From the NCBI GenBank assembly GCA_049890015.1, contig JBMHCH010000010.1, positions 7,566 to 71,565 of the forward strand: DNA of 64,000 nucleotides, read 5' to 3'. Below the pieces are notes generated by a model, which was not told the DNA's origin, searched no databases, and saw only the letters and a list, made by a program, of their open reading frames with translations. This document shows, in pieces, positions 1-8,383 of the stretch. Position 1 is the stretch's first letter. The number at the start of each line of letters is the position of its first letter. A program made the position numbers and the translations under genes. The DNA comes from Candidatus Puniceispirillaceae bacterium (GTDB taxonomy: Bacteria; Pseudomonadota; Alphaproteobacteria; Puniceispirillales; Puniceispirillaceae).

Positions 1-305
1 CCAAGGCACAGCGCAATCACCCCTTCATCAAGACTGACAAAGACCTGCGCACCCGCAATCACGCCAAGGGCGGCAGCCGGCGCGAACATCACGAAGACAG
101 GCCAGTGGATCTGCCGCCAGAACGTGTAGATACGGGCAAGCAGCGAGGTTGCGTTCAGCGCCACCTGCATCGGTATGGCGGCTGACAGCGGCAGCACCGC
201 CGAACTGGCAGCCAGAGTGATGTGGACACCCCCGGTGGCAAAGGCCGCATTCACGGCGGAAGCGGCGAAACATCCGCACGCGATCACAATCACCTCGAGA
301 ACCAT
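1..305 (-). CDS. Sulfite exporter TauE/SafE (TSUP) family membrane protein, 5' part (runs off window start)
   Basis: My translation from ATG 305: MVLEVIVIACGCFAASAVNAAFATGGVHITLAASSAVLPLSAAIPMQVAL..., hydrophobic with the TSUP-like N-terminal GG motif. Open to position 1, so absent from the ORF track. Confidence 0.7.
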   Translation of the reverse strand, partial: MVLEVIVIACGCFAASAVNAAFATGGVHITLAASSAVLPLSAAIPMQVALNATSLLARIYTFWRQIHWPVFVMFAPAAALGVIAGAQVFVSLDEGVIALCL

Positions 306-407
306 GCCCGCAAGCTTAGCCGGGTGCATCGGGCGTGACCAGCCCGGGTCGACTGGTGGCGCGCGCTTGTGGTTGACCTGCCAGCGGCACCGGCGCAAGC
401 TTCGGCC

Positions 408-1322
408 ATGATCGCAGACCGCCCTATCATCGGAATCCTGTTTATGATGGGGTTTTGCATGCTGGCACCCATGGGAGACGCGGCGGCAAAATCGATCTCT
501 CTGGTCACACCGATGATGATGATGCTGCTGGCGCGCTACGCGGTGCAGTTCATCCTGCCAATCCCGATCATCATCGCCTCGAGACGGCGGATAGGCATGA
601 GCTGGCGTATTCTGCGCATCATCCTGGCGCGAAGCGTGGTGCATATCGCCGGCGTCGGCACGATGTATGTCTCGCTACGCCACCTTCCTCTCGCCGATGC
701 GCTGGCGATCGCCTTTGTCTATCCGTTCATCATGCTGGTCATGGGCCATATGTTCCTTGGCGAGCAGGTCGGCGTCCGACGCATCGCAGCCTGCACCATC
801 GGATTCGCCGGAACACTGATGATCATCCAGCCGAGCTTCGCCGCGGTCGGCTGGCCGGCGTTGCTGCCGCTTGCTGTGGCCTTTCTGTTTGCGTCGCTGG
901 TACTTCTGACCCGCCAAATCGCAAAAGACTATGACCCGATCTGCCTGCAGGCTGCCAGCGGGTTCACAAGCACGTTGATATTGCTTCTATGCTGGCTGCT
1001 GTTCCGCGATTTCGGCGTGGCGGACATGCAGATCAGCAGCGTGACACCCAGGCAGGCGGTCGGTCTCACCCTTATCGGCCTGTTTGGCACACTGTCCCAT
1101 CTCAGCATGAATTACGCTGTACGCTTCGCGCCTTCGGCAACCCTTGCGCCCATGCAATATATCGAGCTGCCGGTGGCCGTCTCGGCAGGCTGGCTGATCT
1201 TTGGCGAACTGCCGAACAGTCTGGCCGCCCTTGGTATAACAATCAGCGTCGCCTCCGGTCTCGCCGTGATCTATTTCGAACATCGCGCCCTGACCCGCCA
1301 GCACGAGGCAAGGCAGGCCTGA
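408..1322 (+). CDS. DMT/EamA family transporter
   Basis: About 10 hydrophobic segments and two EamA repeats (LPLADALAIAFVYP, LGEQVG, APSATLAPMQY, IFGELP). ATG 408 preferred over GTG 369. Confidence 0.9.
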   Translation: MIADRPIIGILFMMGFCMLAPMGDAAAKSISLVTPMMMMLLARYAVQFILPIPIIIASRRRIGMSWRILRIILARSVVHIAGVGTMYVSLRHLPLADALAIAFVYPFIMLVMGHMFLGEQVGVRRIAACTIGFAGTLMIIQPSFAAVGWPALLPLAVAFLFASLVLLTRQIAKDYDPICLQAASGFTSTLILLLCWLLFRDFGVADMQISSVTPRQAVGLTLIGLFGTLSHLSMNYAVRFAPSATLAPMQYIELPVAVSAGWLIFGELPNSLAALGITISVASGLAVIYFEHRALTRQHEARQA

Positions 1323-1386
1323 GCCTGCTTGCAGCGCACCCCGCGATCACCTAGGGTGCTGGACGCACAGTCAAGGCAGCCGAAAT

Positions 1387-2262
1387 ATGAGCTACACCGA
1401 TCTTTTCCGTTTCCAGACACACGCTGTTGGCGATATCGACATCGCCTGCCGCATTGCCGGAGACGGGCCACCCCTGCTGCTGCTTCATGGCTTTCCCCAG
1501 ACAAACATGATGTGGCACAAGATCGCGCCAGGTCTCGCCGAGCGCTACACTGTCATCGCGGCCGATCTTCGCGGCTATGGTGACAGCGGCCATCCGGACA
1601 GTGACGACACGCATGCTCCCTATTCAAAGCGCGCCATGGCCGCGGACATGGCCGGGTTGATGACAGAGCTTGGCCATGACAGCTTCATGGTGGCCGGGCA
1701 TGACCGCGGCGGGCGCGTGGCGCACCGTCTTGCGCGCGATCACGGCGACCGTGTCAGACGCCTCGCGGTTCTCGACATCGCGCCGACCGCGGCGATGTAC
1801 GGACAGACCGACATGCGCTTCGCCACCGCCTATTACCACTGGTTTTTCCTGATCCAGCCCACACCGCTCCCAGAGCAGATGATCGGCAATGATCCGGAAT
1901 TCTACCTTCGCAGCAAATGCGGCCAGTGGGGCCGCACCGACGGCGCCATCACGGATGAGGCCTTTTCCGACTATCTGCGGTGTTTCAGCCGTCCGGAGAC
2001 ACTTCACACCATGTGCGAGGATTATCGCGCCGCCGCCACCATCGACCTTGAGCATGACGCCGCCGACGCGGATCGCAAACTGACCATGCCAGTGCTGGCG
2101 CTGTGGGGCGAGGCCGGATTTGTCGGCGGGAATTACGATGTAGTCGCCGAATGGCAGCATGTCGCTGAAGATGTGACCGGCCTTGCTGTTTCCGGCGGTC
2201 ACTATTGCGCCGAGGAAGCCCCGGACGAGACACTGGACGCTCTTGTCGGCTTTTTCGGGTAA
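1387..2262 (+). CDS. Alpha/beta hydrolase, haloacetate (fluoroacetate) dehalogenase type
   Basis: LLHGFPQT, GHDRGGRVA (Asp nucleophile plus two Arg), LDIAP, YYHWFF, EDYRA, GGHY. Confidence 0.85.
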   Translation: MSYTDLFRFQTHAVGDIDIACRIAGDGPPLLLLHGFPQTNMMWHKIAPGLAERYTVIAADLRGYGDSGHPDSDDTHAPYSKRAMAADMAGLMTELGHDSFMVAGHDRGGRVAHRLARDHGDRVRRLAVLDIAPTAAMYGQTDMRFATAYYHWFFLIQPTPLPEQMIGNDPEFYLRSKCGQWGRTDGAITDEAFSDYLRCFSRPETLHTMCEDYRAAATIDLEHDAADADRKLTMPVLALWGEAGFVGGNYDVVAEWQHVAEDVTGLAVSGGHYCAEEAPDETLDALVGFFG

Positions 2263-2277
2263 GGGAATGCTGCATCA

Positions 2278-3198
2278 ATGACGACAGCAGCATCAGGCAC
2301 ACAGCGCCCTCTCCTTGGTCTTGTGATGGCCCTTGCCGGAGCGCTGATCATCACGCCCGACACGCTTTTGATCCGGCTGTCCGGGCTTGAAGGGTGGGGG
2401 CTCAGTTTCTGGCGCGGGATCCTGATCGGGTTCAGCCTGATCATCTTCTGGCTGGCGCTGGAGAGACGCCGCGCCATCGCACAGATCCCCATGCTTATCG
2501 GCGGACCGGCGATTGTCATCATCATCGCCAATTTCTTCAACGCCATCGCCTTCAATTTCGCCACCATGGAGACGTCGATCACCGTGGTGGTCACGGCGCT
2601 TGCTACCGCGCCGGTGATCGCGGCGGTGCTCGGCTTCCTTGTTCTTGGCGAGCGCACCGGAATGAAAACCTGGTTCGCGGTCGCCTTCAGCATGATCGGC
2701 GTGATGATCGTCATCCTGAATGGAGACGGTGCGCTTGATGCCCCGCCGGGCAATGTCTGGCTTGGCGGAGGACTGGGATTCCTTGCCGCCTTCGGGATCG
2801 CTGTCGTCTTCGTCACCACCCGTCGGCATCCGGATGTGCCGGTGCTTCCCGCCTGCGCCATCGGCACTTTCGTATCTGGCATGATCGGCTATATCGGCGC
2901 GCCCACTGGCGGCATCATGGCAGGCGACATGACAATGATCCTGCTGATGGGCCTGTTTGTGATGCCATTGTCATGGGGGTTGCTGACCCTCGCGCCACGG
3001 CATACCAGCCCAACCAATGTCAGCCTGTTCATGCTGCTGGAAATGGTGCTTGGCCCCTTCTGGGTCTGGCTTGGCACCGGGGAACGCCCAAGCCCCGCGA
3101 TGATCGCAGGCGCGGCCCTTGTGCTCGCCACACTGGCGTTCTATTTCATCGCCGCCGCCCGCGACGCCGGCAGGGCAAGGGACAATCATCCCGCCTAG
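2278..3198 (+). CDS. DMT/EamA family transporter
   Basis: Hydrophobic 306 aa with two EamA repeats (LGERTG, LGTGERP). Confidence 0.88.
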   Translation: MTTAASGTQRPLLGLVMALAGALIITPDTLLIRLSGLEGWGLSFWRGILIGFSLIIFWLALERRRAIAQIPMLIGGPAIVIIIANFFNAIAFNFATMETSITVVVTALATAPVIAAVLGFLVLGERTGMKTWFAVAFSMIGVMIVILNGDGALDAPPGNVWLGGGLGFLAAFGIAVVFVTTRRHPDVPVLPACAIGTFVSGMIGYIGAPTGGIMAGDMTMILLMGLFVMPLSWGLLTLAPRHTSPTNVSLFMLLEMVLGPFWVWLGTGERPSPAMIAGAALVLATLAFYFIAAARDAGRARDNHPA

Positions 3199-3692
3199 CT
3201 GGCGCGAAGATGGTCCGTGACGGCCAGCTGCGTCCCCTCAAGGCGATACGCCTTGGCAAAGCCAAGAACCATCACCCCGCCGGTCGGCTGCAGCCGCAGC
3301 AGATGGAAGTCGGAGAAATCACGGATGAGCCCCATTGTCGGACCATGCGTTGTCTCAAACAGGTCGCAAATTGAATTGAAATCATCATTATTTCTATCAA
3401 TTTCAATAATATTTGCATCGAACTTCAAGCGTCTTCTTGCCCAAATATTCTGTGCCTTGTCTTCATCCTCGATCACCAGGAAGGCCGCCTTGCCCGCCTT
3501 CAGCATGGCCCTCACATGGGCTGACAGATGACTTGGATAAATATAGAAGGCGCCATTGTGACGGACCATGGGGGTGACCCCCATCTCCGGCAGATCTCGA
3601 TCCTCGCCTGCCGCGGACATCAGCAACGTCCTGGCGCGCGCCAGCAGATCATCACGCTCGGCTGACAGAGCCGCCTCGTCGAAATCATCCAT
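3195..3692 (-). CDS. HugZ/HutZ-like pyridoxamine-5'-phosphate oxidase family (split-barrel) protein
   Basis: FYIYPSHLSAHVRAM, LVIEDED..NIWARRRL, DFHLLRLQP.GG.MVLGFAKAY. Start at MDDFDE (3692) chosen over the longer ORF start. Confidence 0.75.
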   Translation of the reverse strand: MDDFDEAALSAERDDLLARARTLLMSAAGEDRDLPEMGVTPMVRHNGAFYIYPSHLSAHVRAMLKAGKAAFLVIEDEDKAQNIWARRRLKFDANIIEIDRNNDDFNSICDLFETTHGPTMGLIRDFSDFHLLRLQPTGGVMVLGFAKAYRLEGTQLAVTDHLRAS

Positions 3693-3797
3693 GTTGCGAT
3701 GCCTCCCGAGACCTTGCGACGAGAATGGATCCACTGTATCCCCTAGATATGAAGCTGGCGTTCCCGCCGCAAGCAAACCTGCCAGAAAAGGCCCGGC

Positions 3798-4445
3798 ATG
3801 ATGCAGGATCAGACGCCGCAGAGCGGACAGAAGACCGTGTCGGTCGAAATCTACGCCGATGTGATCTGCCCCTGGTGCTATATCGGCAAGCGGCGTCTCG
3901 ATCTGGCCTTCGAGCAGCGCCCCGAAATTCGCCCTTCCTATGTCTGGCGCGCCTTTCTGCTGAACCCGACGATGCCGGTCGAAGGCATGGACCGCAATGC
4001 CTACCTCAGCGCGAAATTCGGCAATTCCGCCGCGGCTGTCTATGGCAGGATCGCCGCCGCCGGACTCGATAGCGGCATAGAGTTCCGCTTCGACGCCATT
4101 TCAAGAACACCCGACAGCCGTCTTGCCCATCGCATGCTGATTGCTGCCGGGCCGGACAGCGCCGAGCTCTCGGAAGCTGTCTACCGCGCCTATTTCATCG
4201 AAGGCCGGGATATAGGCCGGCCGCAAGAGCTTGCCGCCATCGCCGGAGAGTTCGGCAGGACCGACCTTATCGAGGCCGCCGCGGAAGATGCCGTCGGCAA
4301 GCAGCTTGATCATCATCTGTCGACCGGGAACAGGATGCGCCTCGACGGCGTTCCCTTTTTCGTGTTCGCAGGCAAATATGCTGTTGCCGGCGCCCATCTG
4401 CCGGAACATTTGGTGCCGGCCATTGATGCTGCTGCGGCAGCCTGA
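3798..4445 (+). CDS. DsbA family oxidoreductase (FrnE-like)
   Basis: ADVICPWCYIGKRRL thioredoxin-type CPWC motif and GVPFFVF. Confidence 0.9.
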   Translation: MMQDQTPQSGQKTVSVEIYADVICPWCYIGKRRLDLAFEQRPEIRPSYVWRAFLLNPTMPVEGMDRNAYLSAKFGNSAAAVYGRIAAAGLDSGIEFRFDAISRTPDSRLAHRMLIAAGPDSAELSEAVYRAYFIEGRDIGRPQELAAIAGEFGRTDLIEAAAEDAVGKQLDHHLSTGNRMRLDGVPFFVFAGKYAVAGAHLPEHLVPAIDAAAAA

Positions 4446-4464
4446 GCATTCCGGACCGATCAAT

Positions 4465-7400
4465 TCATACCGAGAGCGCCAGCAGCTCCTGCACCAGCAT
4501 CTTGCAGGCCTGCGGCCGGTCCTCGGCCCTTGGCATCGCCTGTTGCAGGATGATCTTGTGATCGGCGCCAAGCCGGACCTTTCCGGCCTTGCCTGCGATC
4601 CAGGCGACCAGCTGTTCGGGTCGGGCGAATTCATTGTCACGGAAGGCCAGCGACAGCCCTTTCGGTCCGGCGTCGATCCGTTCGATGTTCGCGCGCTTGC
4701 TGAGCTGCTTCAATTCGATCACCGCCAGCAGGTTGCGCACCGAATCCGGAAGCGGGCCAAACCTGTCCACAAGCTCGGCGATGAGGCCGTCAGCCTCGGC
4801 CCCGATATCCATGCCGGCGATCCGCCGATACAGTGAAAGGCGCACTGTCAGGTCGGCAACATACTCTTCCGGGATGCGGACCTCGAGCCCGAGATTGAGC
4901 TGCGGCGTCCACTCTATTTCCGCCTCGCCGGCTTCGCCGCCGCTCCGTGCCGCCTCGACCGCCTGGCGCAGCATCTCCTGATAGAGTTCGACCCCGACCT
5001 CGCGAACATGGCCTGATTGCTCATCACCAAGCAGATTTCCGGCTCCGCGGATATCCATGTCATAGGACGCCAGCGTGAACCCTGCCCCCAGCGTGTCCAG
5101 CGTCTGCATGACCTCAAGGCGGCGACGCGCCTGCGGTGTCAGCAGCCGGTTCGGATCGGATGTCAGATAGGCATAGGCGCGCTGGCGCCCGCGTCCCACC
5201 CGCCCACGAAGCTGATAGAGCTGTGACAGGCCGAACATGTCGGCACGGTGGATGATCATGGTGTTGGCCGACGGGATGTCGATCCCTGATTCCACGATGT
5301 TGGTGGATAACAGGATATCTGCCTCGCCATCGGCAAAGCGGGTCATCACATCATCAAGCTCGTTGGCCGGCATCTTGCCGTGCGCCGAAAGAATCCGCGC
5401 TTCCGGAACAAGCACCGCCAGCCTGTCAAAGACACGCTGCAGATCGGCAATCCGCGGACAGACGCAGAATACCTGTCCCCCGCGGAACATCTCGCGCTTG
5501 ATGGCCTCGCGAAGGACAACGCCGTCCCAGGGGCCGACAAAGGTCCGCACCGCAAGCCTGTCAACGGGCGGGGTGGCGATCAGCGACATCTCGCGCACGC
5601 CGGACAGCGCCATCTGCAAGGTACGCGGAATCGGCGTCGCCGAAAGGGTCAACACATGGATATCCCCGCGAAGTTCCTTCAGCCGTTCCTTCTGCGCGAC
5701 CCCGAAATGCTGCTCCTCATCCACAATGAGCAGGCCGAGATGATTGAAATTTATGGATTTCGCCAGCAGCGCATGGGTGCCGATCACGATCTGGACCTCG
5801 CCGGACGCGATGTCGGCGCGAAGCTGCTTCGCCGCTGCCGGCTGGGTCATGCGCGAGAGAACGCCGAGCTTTACCGGAAACCCGGCGAAACGTTCGGTAA
5901 AGACGCGGCCATGCTGGCGCGCCAGAAGCGTTGTCGGCGCGACGAGCGCCACCTGATATCCCGACATGGCGGCGATGAAGGCGGCGCGCAACGCCACCTC
6001 GGTCTTGCCGAAACCGACATCGCCGCAGATCAGCCTGTCCGTCGCCTTGCCGGAGGCAAGATCGCCGACCACATCCTCGATCGCCCCGATCTGGTCCTCG
6101 GTCTCGGCGAAACCAAAACGCGCACAGAACTCGGCAAAGCTGCCGGTGGGGGCGTTCAGCGGCTCGGCATGGGCCGTCATCCGCTGCGCCGCGATCTTGA
6201 TCAGCGCGTCGGCCATCTCGCGAACACGCCCCTTGACCCGCGCGACACGCGCCTGCCAGGCCGCACCGCCAAGACGGTCAAGCTGGGCGTCGGTGCCGGC
6301 GCTGCCATAGCGCGACAGCATCTCGATGTTTTCAACCGGGAGGTAAAGCTTGTCCCCCCCGGCATAGACAAGCTGCAGACAATCATGCGGGCCGCCGGAG
6401 GAGTCGATGATCACCAGCCCGTCATAGCGCCCGATGCCGTGTTCGGCATGCACCACCAGATCGCCCTCCTCCAGGGCGCTGACCTCGCGCAGAAAGTCCT
6501 CCCCGCGGCCACGTCTGGCGCGTGGGCGTGACAGGCGCTGGCCGAAAATATCGGTTTCGGTGATGACAACAAGGCGATCTGTCTGGAACCCGGAATCAAG
6601 ACCCCATTCAATCAGAAAGACGCCGCCTTTCTCCGCCATCTCCAGCGTGTCGATACGCTGCGCCGCGCCGCCCTCCAGATGCTCCTCCAGCAGTTCCTCG
6701 AGGCGCGCGGCCGCGCCCTCGCCGGCGACGGCGATCACCACCGGTCGATTTGTGCCGGCGCGCTCAGAAGCGATAATCTCGGCGACCTCTGCAATCACGC
6801 TCTGGCCGGTGCCGCCGGCACGGGTCAGGACAAGTCCGGCGCGTCCGCCGGCGTCGTTGCCAGCGCCATCTTCCGGCGAGGCAAAGGGCATCAGCCTCAC
6901 GGCAGAGGCCAGAAGAGACTCGCTCTCTTCCCGCGACGGATACAGACGGTCGGGCGGCAGCGGGCGGTAGGCCATCCCCGGCTCATCTTCGCCCGGTTCC
7001 TGCCGCGCACCATAGAAATCGGTGATCTGCGTATATCGCGCGCTGATCGCGGCGTCAGCCTCATGGTCGAGAACCAGCCGCCAGTCCAGGCAATAGTCGG
7101 TCAGCAGCCCCAGCTCCTCATGGAACAGCGGCAGCCAGTGCTCCGCCCCGGGATGCATGCGGCCGGCAGACACAGATTCATACAGCGCGTCGCGGCTCGC
7201 CAGGGCGCCAAAAGCCGCCCGGTAGCCGGTGCGAAACCGTTCGACAGCCGCCTCGTCCAGCTGGAATTCCGCAACCGGTCGCAGCACCAGCCTGTCGATC
7301 GGCGCGCCGCCCCGCTGCGTCGCAGCATCGAAGCCGCGAATGGTTTCAAGCTCGTCACCAAAGAAATCGAGCCGGACAGGCATGTCGCTTCCCGGCGGGA

Positions 7401-7917
7401 AGATATCGAGAATGCCGCCGCGAAGCGCGAACTCGCCTGTCTCGCGGACCGTATCGGTGCGAAGATATCCCTGGCCGGCCAGAAAGTCGCAAAGCCGCGC
7501 CGGACCGGTCGTGTCGCCTGCTCTCAATATCGTCGAACGGGACGCGAAATAGTCAGCTGGCGGCACCCGCTGGAGGATCGCGTTGACCGTCGTCAGAAGA
7601 AGCGCCGGGCCATCCGAGCCTGTCCCATTGCCCTCGGCAAGCCAGGCCAGCGTTTCGACGCGATGCCCCACAAGCGCGCCTTGCGGGGACAGCCGGTCAT
7701 AGGGAAGACAGTCCCAGGCGGGGAACATCCGCGCGTCAATGTCTGGCGCAAGATGCGCGATCGCATCCCGCATGGCGATCATGCGGGCATCATCCCGAGC
7801 CACGAAGACCAGCCGCTCCCCAGCCGACAGCCAGGAGCCCATCGCCAGCATAGAGACACCGTCCGGCACACCCCACACCGAACCTTCCAGATTTATTTTT
7901 TCAATGAATTTTGACAC
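4465..7917 (-). CDS. mfd: Transcription-repair coupling factor
   Basis: 1150 aa with UvrB-homology region, CarD/RID (VVHAEHGIGRY), CGDVGFGKT, DEEQHFG, QLRGRVGR and TRCF C-terminus. Confidence 0.98.
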   Translation of the reverse strand: MSKFIEKINLEGSVWGVPDGVSMLAMGSWLSAGERLVFVARDDARMIAMRDAIAHLAPDIDARMFPAWDCLPYDRLSPQGALVGHRVETLAWLAEGNGTGSDGPALLLTTVNAILQRVPPADYFASRSTILRAGDTTGPARLCDFLAGQGYLRTDTVRETGEFALRGGILDIFPPGSDMPVRLDFFGDELETIRGFDAATQRGGAPIDRLVLRPVAEFQLDEAAVERFRTGYRAAFGALASRDALYESVSAGRMHPGAEHWLPLFHEELGLLTDYCLDWRLVLDHEADAAISARYTQITDFYGARQEPGEDEPGMAYRPLPPDRLYPSREESESLLASAVRLMPFASPEDGAGNDAGGRAGLVLTRAGGTGQSVIAEVAEIIASERAGTNRPVVIAVAGEGAAARLEELLEEHLEGGAAQRIDTLEMAEKGGVFLIEWGLDSGFQTDRLVVITETDIFGQRLSRPRARRGRGEDFLREVSALEEGDLVVHAEHGIGRYDGLVIIDSSGGPHDCLQLVYAGGDKLYLPVENIEMLSRYGSAGTDAQLDRLGGAAWQARVARVKGRVREMADALIKIAAQRMTAHAEPLNAPTGSFAEFCARFGFAETEDQIGAIEDVVGDLASGKATDRLICGDVGFGKTEVALRAAFIAAMSGYQVALVAPTTLLARQHGRVFTERFAGFPVKLGVLSRMTQPAAAKQLRADIASGEVQIVIGTHALLAKSINFNHLGLLIVDEEQHFGVAQKERLKELRGDIHVLTLSATPIPRTLQMALSGVREMSLIATPPVDRLAVRTFVGPWDGVVLREAIKREMFRGGQVFCVCPRIADLQRVFDRLAVLVPEARILSAHGKMPANELDDVMTRFADGEADILLSTNIVESGIDIPSANTMIIHRADMFGLSQLYQLRGRVGRGRQRAYAYLTSDPNRLLTPQARRRLEVMQTLDTLGAGFTLASYDMDIRGAGNLLGDEQSGHVREVGVELYQEMLRQAVEAARSGGEAGEAEIEWTPQLNLGLEVRIPEEYVADLTVRLSLYRRIAGMDIGAEADGLIAELVDRFGPLPDSVRNLLAVIELKQLSKRANIERIDAGPKGLSLAFRDNEFARPEQLVAWIAGKAGKVRLGADHKIILQQAMPRAEDRPQACKMLVQELLALSV

Positions 7918-7920
7918 TTG

Positions 7921-8181
7921 TCAGTCGTTTTGAAATTCTTTTATCAGATCAAGAACGCGGTTGTCATACATCTCGGGCGCGGGCTCGCCGGCGACCACCC
8001 AGGCATAGATGCGGTCATCACCGGCATCCAGCAAGGCCTCATACTGGTCAAGCTCGGAATCGCTGAGCCCGGCGAGATGCACAGAGGCAAACCTTCCAAG
8101 AAGAAGATCGGTTTCCTTCATGCCGGTATAGCTTGACTGATAGACCAGACGGCGCAGCCTGATGTCGCGGTTTTCATCCAT
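7921..8181 (-). CDS. sdhE: Succinate dehydrogenase assembly factor 2 (FAD assembly factor)
   Basis: RLRRLVYQSSYTGMKETDLLLGRFA...LDQYEALL. Conserved position just upstream of mfd. Start set at MDENRD. Confidence 0.88.
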   Translation of the reverse strand: MDENRDIRLRRLVYQSSYTGMKETDLLLGRFASVHLAGLSDSELDQYEALLDAGDDRIYAWVVAGEPAPEMYDNRVLDLIKEFQND

Positions 8182-8383
8182 ATCCAGATCTTTCCTGATG
8201 ACCCGGCGCCGCCCCCGCCGCCGCGTTGCGCGCAATATGCGGCGCGATCTGCCGCAAAGCAAAACATTTGTCACGCTGAGGGACAACAGGCCGCGCATGA
8301 ATGGGGCGGGTCCGCACGCCGGCGATTTTGTAATGGCGGTGCCTTTCGGGTAATCTGGGCTGTTCCCATCCCGAAGCACGGCA

